A DNA stretch of 63,420 bases from Thermoanaerobaculia bacterium (GTDB lineage: Bacteria; Acidobacteriota; Thermoanaerobaculia; Multivoradales; SZUA-115), in NCBI GenBank assembly GCA_044869955.1, contig JBIOYC010000308.1:1-63420 (forward strand), in the 5' to 3' direction. A program made the position numbers and the translations under genes. Below are positions 18,049 through 27,655 of the stretch, piece after piece. Position 1 is the stretch's first letter. Every line of letters starts with the position of its first letter. Under the pieces are notes generated by a model. The model did no database searches. It saw only the letters and a list, made by a program, of their open reading frames with translations, and had not been told where the DNA came from.

Positions 18049-19247
18049 CCGCGTTGCTTGATCCCTTCGTGGCTACCGAGGCGGCCCTCTCGCCGGGGGA
18101 GATCCGGCGCTACAGCCGCCACCTGATCCTGCCCGAGGTCGGCATGGAGGGGCAGAAGAAGCTCAAGGCCTCTCGGGTGCTGATGGTGGGGGCGGGCGGC
18201 CTGGGCTCTCCCCTCGGCCTCTACCTGGCCGCCGCGGGCGTGGGCTCGCTGGGAGTGGTGGAGTTCGACGTCGTCGACGAGTCCAACTTGCAGCGCCAGC
18301 TGCTCTACGGTCAGTCGAGCGTGGGCCGGCCCAAGCTCGAGGCGGCGGCGGAACGGCTCGCGGACATCAATCCCTACATCAAGATCGAGCCCCACCCCGT
18401 GCGGCTCTCGTCCGAGAACGCCCTGGAGCTATTCCAGGGCTACGACCTGGTGGTCGACGGCACCGACAACTTCCCCACTCGCTATCTGGTCAACGACGCC
18501 TGCGTGATGACCGGCAAGCCGAACGTCTACGGCTCGATCTTCCGCTTCGAGGGCCAGGTGTCGGTGTTCTGGGGAGCCCAGGGCCCCTGCTACCGCTGCC
18601 TCTTCCCCGAGCCGCCGCCTCCCGGCCTGGTGCCGTCCTGCGCCGAGGGCGGCGTGCTGGGCGTGCTGCCGGGCATCATCGGCGCCCTCCAGGCCAACGA
18701 GGTGGTGAAGCTCCTGCTCGGTATCGGCGACCCCCTGATCGGCCGCCTGGTGCTTTTCGACGCCCTGCGGCTCAAGTTCCGTGAGCTGAAGCTCAAGAAG
18801 AACCCGGAGTGCCCGGTCTGCTCGGAGCACCCCACACTGACGCAGCTGATCGACTACGAGCAGTTCTGCGGCCTGGGCCAGGGCGAGGCCCCGGTCGAGA
18901 CGGCGCCGGAGGTCGACGAGCTGCCCTGGGAGGTGACCTCCCTCGAGGTCAAGGCCTGGCTGGACGATGGCCGGGACCTGTTGCTCCTCGACGTGCGCAA
19001 CCCTCCCGAGCTGGCGATCTGCCGGATCGACGGCTCCCGCTTCCTGCCCCTTCCCGAGCTGCCGGAGCGGGTGGCGGAGCTGGACGGGGAGCAGGACCGC
19101 CTGATCGTGGCCTACTGCCACGGCGGCGTGCGCTCGCTCAAGGCTGCCCGCTTGCTGCGCGAGCAGGGTTTCGGCAAGGTGGTGAGCCTGGCCGGCGGCA
19201 TCGACGCCTGGAGCCGCCACGTCGACCCGCGGTTGCCGCGGTACTGA
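18045..19247 (+). CDS. moeZ: MoeB/ThiF-type adenylyltransferase fused to rhodanese (MoeZ-like)
   Basis: RYSRHLILPEVG, the nucleotide loop VGAGGLGSP, CxxC pairs (CYRC, CPVC), and a C-terminal rhodanese active site YCHGGVRS. Confidence 0.9.
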   Translation: MTALLDPFVATEAALSPGEIRRYSRHLILPEVGMEGQKKLKASRVLMVGAGGLGSPLGLYLAAAGVGSLGVVEFDVVDESNLQRQLLYGQSSVGRPKLEAAAERLADINPYIKIEPHPVRLSSENALELFQGYDLVVDGTDNFPTRYLVNDACVMTGKPNVYGSIFRFEGQVSVFWGAQGPCYRCLFPEPPPPGLVPSCAEGGVLGVLPGIIGALQANEVVKLLLGIGDPLIGRLVLFDALRLKFRELKLKKNPECPVCSEHPTLTQLIDYEQFCGLGQGEAPVETAPEVDELPWEVTSLEVKAWLDDGRDLLLLDVRNPPELAICRIDGSRFLPLPELPERVAELDGEQDRLIVAYCHGGVRSLKAARLLREQGFGKVVSLAGGIDAWSRHVDPRLPRY

Positions 19248-19340
19248 GGTGCAAAGAGGGCAGGCACAGGGGCCTGCCCCTACGAAGACCTCTGCGATCC
19301 GGCCGTAGGGGCAGGCCCCTGTGCCTGCCCTCGTCGCACC
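19248..19340. terminator. large perfect inverted repeat filling the convergent moeZ/anti-sigma gap (probable bidirectional terminator or REP-like element)
   Basis: The 29-nt arms GAGGGCAGGCACAGGGGCCTGCCCCTACG (19256-19284) and CGTAGGGGCAGGCCCCTGTGCCTGCCCTC (19304-19332) are exact reverse complements, separated by a 19-nt loop. An outer GGTGC/GCACC pair follows a 3x3 internal loop. Confidence 0.6.
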
Positions 19341-20386
19341 TACCGCCGAGCTGGCTCGACCAGCATCAGCTCGACGGTCCCGATCACCTCAGGCTTGGTG
19401 CCTGCCGGCTCGCCGAGGACCTCGAGAGTCAGCTCGCCGGCTGGGTAGCGCGTGGGTTCGATGAGGACGACGGCCGAGCCGGCGTCTCGGCTCATCGTCT
19501 CCTCACGGCTCTCGATCCGGTCGCTCTTGTCGCGCAAGCGGAACCGGAAGCGCTGGACATCTGGGTAGTCCTTGGCCAGGCGGTCCAGACGTACTGAAAC
19601 AGCTTGCAGACCCTGTGTGCGCAGGAGGCTCAGGATCTTGCCGCTTCCCCGGACAACGCCCTCGCGGCCGCTCTGGGGGTTGATCTGCGCTGGGCCGGGC
19701 AGAACCGAGGGCACTCCCTCGGCCAGCCGGGTAGGAACGGGCCGCGCGGTGCGCAGCCGCTCGAGCTCGAGCTGGAGTCGGTCCAACTCGGCGGCGCTGG
19801 CAGCGTTGCCCGTGGCCTTCGACTCCGCCTCGCGGACCCGCGCCGTCAGTTGCTCGACGGCTGCGCGATGCTCGGCGTCCCGACCCTGTTCGGTGCGGCG
19901 GTACTCCGCCACGGTGGCCGTGAGGTCGCTGCGTAGGGTCTGGTTCCACACCAGCAGCGCCGGCAGCAGGAGCCCGGCGATCGAAGCGGCGATCGGCAGC
20001 CAGCGAGGCACCTCGACCTTGCGGCCGAAGCGGCCAAACAGCACCTTGCCGCCGTTGGGCGAAGCCGCGCCGGCGGGCGTGGCCTCGAAGTCGGCCAGGC
20101 TCCGGCGGAGCAGGGCTACCTCTTCCTGGTAACGCGGTTCGCTTTCGATCCGCCGAGCCACCAGGGTCGGGTCGAGACCCGAAGTGGTGGTGCCCAGCAC
20201 GTAGTCGGTCAGGGCCTCGGCGGGAAGCTCCGCGCGGTAGATCTCGGCCGCGCGACGCAGCTCCTCGAGCTCGCGGCGGCAATCCGTGCAGCCTGCCAGG
20301 TGACCTTCGATCTCATCCTTCTCGCGAGGGTCGAGCGAGCCGTTCAAGAACCAGGGCAGCCGCTCGGCGATTTCAGTGCAGTTCAT
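19340..20386 (-). CDS. zf-HC2 anti-sigma factor, single-pass, with ~210-aa extracytoplasmic domain
   Basis: The N-terminus is MNCTEIAERLPWFLNGSLDPREKDEIEGHLAGCTDCRREL (the H-x3-C-x2-C motif) and the TM helix is WLPIAASIAGLLLPALLVW. ATG 20386 is preceded by GAGGTGAGGG, 7 nt after the sigma stop; the track ORF starts further upstream at 20524. Confidence 0.75.
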   Translation of the reverse strand: MNCTEIAERLPWFLNGSLDPREKDEIEGHLAGCTDCRRELEELRRAAEIYRAELPAEALTDYVLGTTTSGLDPTLVARRIESEPRYQEEVALLRRSLADFEATPAGAASPNGGKVLFGRFGRKVEVPRWLPIAASIAGLLLPALLVWNQTLRSDLTATVAEYRRTEQGRDAEHRAAVEQLTARVREAESKATGNAASAAELDRLQLELERLRTARPVPTRLAEGVPSVLPGPAQINPQSGREGVVRGSGKILSLLRTQGLQAVSVRLDRLAKDYPDVQRFRFRLRDKSDRIESREETMSRDAGSAVVLIEPTRYPAGELTLEVLGEPAGTKPEVIGTVELMLVEPARR

Positions 20387-20393
20387 CGATCCC

Positions 20394-20996
20394 TCACCTC
20401 CCGACATGCTTAGGCTGGGCCGGGGGGGAGGCGTTACCTCCCGGTGTCGATGCGATGGCGGCCAGGTCCTCACGCACGGCGAGGGCGCGACGCCGGCAGC
20501 GCAACACGCGTACGCGCAACGCACCTTCCGCCACGCCCAGGCGGTCGCTCATCTCGCGGTAGGAGAGGCCGTCGAAGATCATCTGCCAGAGCCGGCGGCA
20601 GTCGTCGCTCATCTCGTCGAGCACCCGGAAGAGGAGATCCCGGGTCTCCCGGGACTGCGAGCTCTGCGCCGCGGCCTCGAGGACCGCGTCGCCCCGCTGA
20701 TCGACGGTCTCGAGCTCCTCCCAAGCCACCCGCCGGCGGGCCCGTAGGCGATCGAGGCAGGCGTTGGCGGTGACCCGCCAGACGTAGGTCTTGAGGCTCG
20801 ACTCGCCGCGGAAGGTGCCCCTACCGAAGAGTCGGGTCAGCTCCAGGCGGACGTCCTGCAGCACGTCGTCGAAGTCTCCCTCCAGCCGGCTACGGAAGGA
20901 GGCTGCCGCCCGGCGGATCCAATCGTCCACCTCGGCGAACGTACCAGGCTCACCGCTCAGATAGCGGTTGATCCGGCTCTGATCGTCGACGCTCAC
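20394..20996 (-). CDS. ECF-type RNA polymerase sigma factor (sigma-70 regions 2 and 4)
   Basis: Region 2 (DDVLQDVRLELTR...LKTYVWRVTANACLDRLR) and a region 4 HTH (DGLSYREMSDRLGVAEGALRVRVLRCR). GTG start. Confidence 0.9.
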   Translation of the reverse strand: MSVDDQSRINRYLSGEPGTFAEVDDWIRRAAASFRSRLEGDFDDVLQDVRLELTRLFGRGTFRGESSLKTYVWRVTANACLDRLRARRRVAWEELETVDQRGDAVLEAAAQSSQSRETRDLLFRVLDEMSDDCRRLWQMIFDGLSYREMSDRLGVAEGALRVRVLRCRRRALAVREDLAAIASTPGGNASPPAQPKHVGR

Positions 20997-21113
20997 TCTC
21001 TCGGGCCCCCGGGGTCGGCGGCTTGATGCTGGCCGAAGTGACGGAAGGAGTCAACGATCCGAACCCGGCGCGAGCCTGTCAGCCGGAGCGGAGTAAGATC
21101 GAATCTCAACGAA

Positions 21114-24100
21114 ATGCTTCTAACCTGGGCTGTGCTCGCTGTCCTGGCTGCTCTTCCGGGGGGAACTTTCCCCTGTGATGGGCCATTGCTCGAGCCGGGG
21201 CTCCCGCTGCGGGCGAGCCTCTCAGAGGGACAAACCCGCACCTTCGCGCTCGACGTGCCCGTAGGTCAGCTGGCTCGGGTGGTGGTCACCCAGGGTTGCA
21301 CAGACTTCGCGGTCCAAGTCAGGACACCGGCGGGGGAGGTCCTCGAGTTCGACACTCCCAATGGCCCGCAGGGATCCGAGATCGTCGAGTGGATTGCCGA
21401 GACTTCCGGCCGGTCATGCATCCAGGTCCCGCACGTCGGCGACCAGCCTCCAGGTCAACTCGAGATCGTCCTCGAAGCCCTCCGACCGGCGAACGCCGAA
21501 GATCGTCTGCGGGTCTCGGCCTTTCGCAACGCTTACGAAACCTACAGGGCCCTCGACCTCCGCCAGGTCCCTCTCTGCCGCCTCAGTGACTGCAGCGCCG
21601 CCCTTGCGCGGTGGCAGGCTGTCGGCCAGGCGGACTGGCAAAGCTTTTTCGAGCTCGAGCTAGCGCTTGCAGCCGAGAAGGAAGCCGAGACGAGGGAGCG
21701 GCTGAAACGGGCCTTCGAGTTGGCGAAAGAGGCCACCAACCCCCACCTCCTACACCTGATCGCGGCCCAGTTGCCGGCAGGAGATCCGCGTGCCCTCGAG
21801 GGATTCGAGACCAGCGTCCGGGCCTGGGCAGCCGGGGGCTGTCGAGCCAAGCAGCTGCGCTCTTTGCACGGGGCCGCCAAGGCTGCGCGCCAGCTCGGCG
21901 ACTTCGAACGGGCTGCGGGCTTTCTCGCCGAGGCGTTCGAGGTCGCCCGCAGCCTCGACGATCCTGCCGAGCTGGCCCAGACCTGGATGCTCGAAGGGGT
22001 GCACCGGATGGCCAAGCCGGAGCCTCCGGAGCTGGCGCTCGCCGCCTACGGGGAGGCGCAGAAGCAACTCGCCCGGATGACCGATGCGGTCCGGCAGCGT
22101 GAGCTCGAGAACGAGCTGACGGCCAGCCGGGCGGTGGCGCTCTACTACCAAGGCAACACAGATCAGGCGCTGCAGGAGCTGGAGGCCCTCTTGAAGCGCC
22201 TAGTGGCGGCGAAGGCACGCACGGCCGGACCCGGGGAGCTGGGGGCCTACTACACCCTGGGGAGCCTCTTCCTGACCTTCGGCGCCGTGGACCGGGCCGC
22301 GATCGCCTATCGCCAGGGGCTCGGCCTGGCCGAAAGCCGAAAGCTGACGGGCTGGCGAGTGAGGTTCAGCATCAGCCTGGCCACGACGTTGCGACAGGCC
22401 GATCGCGACCAAGATGCCGGGGAGCTCTACCAGGAGGCGATCCGGCTGGCGGATGAGGGTGGGCCGGACCAAGCGGCGGCCTTGTGCGGCCTGGGAGCTC
22501 TCGAGCTGAAGGCCCGGCGGCTCGAGCCGGCCCAGATCTACCTGGAGCAAGCCGAGGAGATCTGGCGTCGGAGGCAGGAGCCCGAACGTCTGGCCGAAGT
22601 CCTGCTGGAACGAGCCCGCGTAGCTCGAGAGTCCGGAGATCGGACTGGCGCGTTGGCCAGGACGGAAGAAGGCCTCCGGCGATTGCCGGGAACCGGCCTC
22701 TCGGTGATCCGAGCCGCCCTCCAGGAGCTCCAGGCGCGCCTTCTGGCGGACGCCGAGGACCTGGAACCGGCGCTCCATGCAGTCGAGGCCGCCATCCGTT
22801 TCGACGAGGTGCTGCGCAGCAGCGTGGTCTCTCACGACCTGCGTACCCATCTGCTGGCCCGCCGCCGGGCGCGCTATGAGCTCGAGATCGATCTGCTCTT
22901 GCGCCTGGCCGAGCGGTCGCCGAGCAGGGCGGCGGAGTGGCGGGAAAAGGCTCTGCGGGCCAGCGAGAAGGCCCGAGCCCGCAGCTTCGCGGAGCTTCTG
23001 GCCGAGTCGGACCTCACTCGTGCTCTACAGGTGCCGCCGGATCTCGCTCGCGAGTACGAGCGGCTGCGTGGGGATCTCGAGGCCGTTCAGCGCCAGTGGC
23101 TGGATCGCGCTGCGACCCTGCCCGCCTCTTCGCTGGAGGTGCAGCGCCTCGGCGTTGCCCGTGATCAGGCCCTGGCCGCCTTCGAGCAGACTTACGAGCG
23201 GATCCGAGAGCATCAGCTCCGCCAGCGCAGCCATCGCCTGCCCCCGACCGAGCCCCCGGATCTCAGGGAGATCCAGTCGAGCCTGGCAGAGGGCGATGCG
23301 CTGCTGGAGTACGTGCTCGGAGACAGAGGGGGAGCTGTTTTCGTTGTCACCTCCAAGGGGATGGAAGCGAGGCGACTGGCCGTTGGTGCCGGCGAGGTCG
23401 AGGGGAGGCAGGAGGACCTCCAGAGCGCCATCGAGGGCCGAGAGACTCGCGACGATGACGAATTCCGGGAGGCCGCGAGCTGGCTCTATCAGCAGCTCCT
23501 GGCTCCGGCCGAAGCGTGGACGAGGGATCGGAGTCGCCTGATCGTCGTGCCGGACGGACCTTTGCACCGCCTGAACTTCGAGACACTGTTGCTCTCCGGG
23601 GGTGAAGCTCCGGAGGGCGCTCCGCTCCGCTACGCGGTCGAGCGTTGGGCGATCTCCTACGTGCCTTCGGCGACCGTTCGCATGCAGCTCCTGCGGCAGC
23701 CGAGTAAGTCCGGCCGGCAGATCGAGCTGCTCGCACTGGCTGATCCGGCGCCTCCGGCGGCACCGGGCTCGGGCGTGCCGACCGGTTCGCGCCGAGGCCG
23801 GACGGCCCTCCTGCTGCCCAGCCTCGCCGGCGCCAGGCGGGAGGTCCAGGAGATTGGCGGGCTTTTCGGACCGCGAGCGAAGGTCCTGGTGGGAGAAGCC
23901 GCCAGTGAGGCGGCGGTGCAGGCGACAGCGGCCAGGGCGCGATACCTACACTTCGCGGTGCACAACTATTTCGACGAGGTGCGCCCGAGCTCCATGGGTC
24001 TGGTCCTCGCTCCAGCGGGCGAAGGTGATGGGTTCCTGGGGCTTGCTGAGATCGAGTCGATGCATCTGGACGCAGAGCTGGTGGTGTTGTCCGCGTGCGA

Positions 24101-24371
24101 CTCGGCGCGAGGGGAACAAAAGGCTGGTGAGGGGGTCATCGGTCTCGTGCGGGCGTTCATGACCGCTGGCGCTGAGAACGTGGCCGTCAGCCTCTGGCTG
24201 GCCGACGACGAGGAGACCCCGGCTCTGATGGTCGCGTTCTATCGGGGTCTATTGGCCGGAGGGTCTCAAAGCGAGGCGCTGCGCGAGGCCAAGCTGGCGC
24301 TCATCGCTCGGAGTGGTAGGGCAGGAGAGCCCGAGGTCTGGGCTCCCTTCATCCTATTTGGAGCTCGCTAG
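21114..24371 (+). CDS. TPR-repeat / CHAT-domain (caspase-like) protease with N-terminal signal-like segment
   Basis: A 1085-aa protein. The N-terminus is hydrophobic (MLLTWAVLAVLAALPGG) and the central ~600 aa are Ala/Leu/Glu-rich helical TPR-like repeats. The C-terminal CHAT has a His/Cys dyad context (YLHFAVHNYFD and LVVLSACDSARGE...GLVRAF). Confidence 0.85.
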   Translation: MLLTWAVLAVLAALPGGTFPCDGPLLEPGLPLRASLSEGQTRTFALDVPVGQLARVVVTQGCTDFAVQVRTPAGEVLEFDTPNGPQGSEIVEWIAETSGRSCIQVPHVGDQPPGQLEIVLEALRPANAEDRLRVSAFRNAYETYRALDLRQVPLCRLSDCSAALARWQAVGQADWQSFFELELALAAEKEAETRERLKRAFELAKEATNPHLLHLIAAQLPAGDPRALEGFETSVRAWAAGGCRAKQLRSLHGAAKAARQLGDFERAAGFLAEAFEVARSLDDPAELAQTWMLEGVHRMAKPEPPELALAAYGEAQKQLARMTDAVRQRELENELTASRAVALYYQGNTDQALQELEALLKRLVAAKARTAGPGELGAYYTLGSLFLTFGAVDRAAIAYRQGLGLAESRKLTGWRVRFSISLATTLRQADRDQDAGELYQEAIRLADEGGPDQAAALCGLGALELKARRLEPAQIYLEQAEEIWRRRQEPERLAEVLLERARVARESGDRTGALARTEEGLRRLPGTGLSVIRAALQELQARLLADAEDLEPALHAVEAAIRFDEVLRSSVVSHDLRTHLLARRRARYELEIDLLLRLAERSPSRAAEWREKALRASEKARARSFAELLAESDLTRALQVPPDLAREYERLRGDLEAVQRQWLDRAATLPASSLEVQRLGVARDQALAAFEQTYERIREHQLRQRSHRLPPTEPPDLREIQSSLAEGDALLEYVLGDRGGAVFVVTSKGMEARRLAVGAGEVEGRQEDLQSAIEGRETRDDDEFREAASWLYQQLLAPAEAWTRDRSRLIVVPDGPLHRLNFETLLLSGGEAPEGAPLRYAVERWAISYVPSATVRMQLLRQPSKSGRQIELLALADPAPPAAPGSGVPTGSRRGRTALLLPSLAGARREVQEIGGLFGPRAKVLVGEAASEAAVQATAARARYLHFAVHNYFDEVRPSSMGLVLAPAGEGDGFLGLAEIESMHLDAELVVLSACDSARGEQKAGEGVIGLVRAFMTAGAENVAVSLWLADDEETPALMVAFYRGLLAGGSQSEALREAKLALIARSGRAGEPEVWAPFILFGAR

Positions 24372-24430
24372 CGAACGACGACGTTTGCGGTAACGGAGAG
24401 TTTCAAGGCCAGGCCCAAGTGAGCACTGCC

Positions 24431-24466
24431 CACCGTCTTGCGCCGAAACGGTGCGGCTGTTTTTTC
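24431..24466 (+). terminator. weak hairpin plus T6 run after the CHAT gene
   Basis: CACCG..CGGTG or GCCG..CGGC stems are followed by TGTTTTTTCT. A T-run is unusual in this GC-rich DNA, but the stem is weak. Confidence 0.35.
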
Positions 24467-24488
24467 TCGAGGATGAGGAGGAAATGCC

Positions 24489-24974
24489 ATGCCTGTGGGA
24501 AACCAGTCCGATCGTGTGACCGACGTCAGCATCCTGCCACCTCCCCCTTCGCCCCCGCCGCCCGGCGTCGTGATCAGCGCCGTGGTCTTCCTGGTCACCG
24601 CGGCCGTCCTGATCGCCCTGGGCCTCGTCGAGAACGAGTTCCAGGTGCTTGCCGCGGTTGGCGGAGGTTTTCTGGTGGCCGGCTTGACGCAGCTCGCCAT
24701 CCTGCAGCTTCAGGGAAATGCTCAGACCGGGATGCTGACTATCCGTCTCGCGCCCGGCTTGACCAGCCCCTACCCCGAGGAGCTCAACACTGCGGATCCT
24801 GCTGCGAAGCTCTACTTCACCGTCTGGCCGGCTACCGGCCCCGGGACTGGAACGGCGGAAGTGATCGAGCACCCGACGGCCGGGAAGGATCCGAAGACCA
24901 CCTTCTACCTCGACGAGAAGCGGGAGTTGATGGCGGAGGAGTCACAGTTCGAGGTGAACGAAGCGCTGGCGTGA
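24489..24974 (+). CDS. hypothetical 2-TM protein, paralog 1 (conserved N-terminal 20-mer MPVGNQSDRVTDVSILPPPP)
   Basis: RBS GGAGGA; two hydrophobic helices. A C-terminal ~85-aa domain is shared with the next gene (TIRL.P...PEE.NTA...TGPGTG...HP.AGK.PK). Confidence 0.6.
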   Translation: MPVGNQSDRVTDVSILPPPPSPPPPGVVISAVVFLVTAAVLIALGLVENEFQVLAAVGGGFLVAGLTQLAILQLQGNAQTGMLTIRLAPGLTSPYPEELNTADPAAKLYFTVWPATGPGTGTAEVIEHPTAGKDPKTTFYLDEKRELMAEESQFEVNEALA

Positions 24975-25130
24975 GTGCCTCGGCTCGGGCTGCGCTCGTC
25001 GCCTGGAAGCGTGCGGGATCCGCTTTCTCGCAGTAACGGAGCGCCAGGACCCGCGCCCAACGACTGACTGTCGGACGCCTCTCCTACCGAGGGGCGTAAT
25101 CTGTTGTCTCGAGATTGCGGAGGAAATGCC

Positions 25131-25646
25131 ATGCCCGTGGGGAACCAATCCGATCGCGTGACCGACGTCAGTATCCTGCCGCCTCCTCCCGAGTCCGGGC
25201 CACTCCCGGAGGGCGACGCATTGCCCGTGGCCGAGATGCTCGGAGGGGGGGCCTTCATGCTCTACGGCCTCGCCGTCCGAGGAGCGCGTGAGCTCGCCTT
25301 CGTGGGCCTAGGGCTCTTCGTGGGTGGGTTGATCCAGTACGTTGCCCAGCGCGCCGGCCGGCGCCGGCTGCCCCGTCCCCGGGTGTTTTTTTCCCAGCTG
25401 AGCTCCTGGACCATCCGACTCGACCCCTACGAGGTCAGCGATCTGCCCGAGGAGTTCAACACCGCCGAGGCTTCGGCCGAGCTGGTCTGGAACGTCCATC
25501 CGGACACCGGCCCGGGAACCGGTGCGACCATCGAGATCCATCATCCGATGGCCGGCAAGGAGCCGAAGGTCACCTGTCTGCTCGAGGTGGACCACCAGAA
25601 GGGCCTGAGCACCTCGGGCTTCGTGATCAACGACTACCTGGTCTGA
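25131..25646 (+). CDS. hypothetical 2-TM protein, paralog 2 (same N-terminal 20-mer)
   Basis: It has the same GGAGGAAATGCC-ATG initiation region as paralog 1, so the start is taken at ATG 25131 rather than the track's 25104. The architecture matches paralog 1. Confidence 0.6.
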   Translation: MPVGNQSDRVTDVSILPPPPESGPLPEGDALPVAEMLGGGAFMLYGLAVRGARELAFVGLGLFVGGLIQYVAQRAGRRRLPRPRVFFSQLSSWTIRLDPYEVSDLPEEFNTAEASAELVWNVHPDTGPGTGATIEIHHPMAGKEPKVTCLLEVDHQKGLSTSGFVINDYLV

Positions 25647-25658
25647 GGAGGCTGCCCG

Positions 25659-27626
<1,968 letters not shown>

Positions 27627-27655
27627 TCCGGCCCCGGACCCTGCGTATCCCCACC

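Noticed and set aside
20997-21113. Looked for an ECF-type promoter (GGAAC-N16/17-CGTC-like) in the sigma/CHAT divergent region
   Set aside because: Isolated GAAC and CGTC elements exist, but not with convincing spacing on either strand, so no call is made.
24372-25200. Repeated ~70-90-nt units, considered as a CRISPR array, IS ends or a tandem DNA repeat
   Set aside because: There are only two copies, ~640 bp apart. Each coincides with an RBS plus the first 20 codons of a paralogous gene, and the differences are synonymous. This is a gene duplication, not a CRISPR array or mobile element.
25386-25392. T7 homopolymer inside paralog 2, considered as a slippage or phase-variation site
   Set aside because: The reading frame is intact through it (it encodes Val-Phe-Phe-Ser) and there is no alternative-frame ORF of interest. 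It is noted only as a sequencing-error-prone spot.
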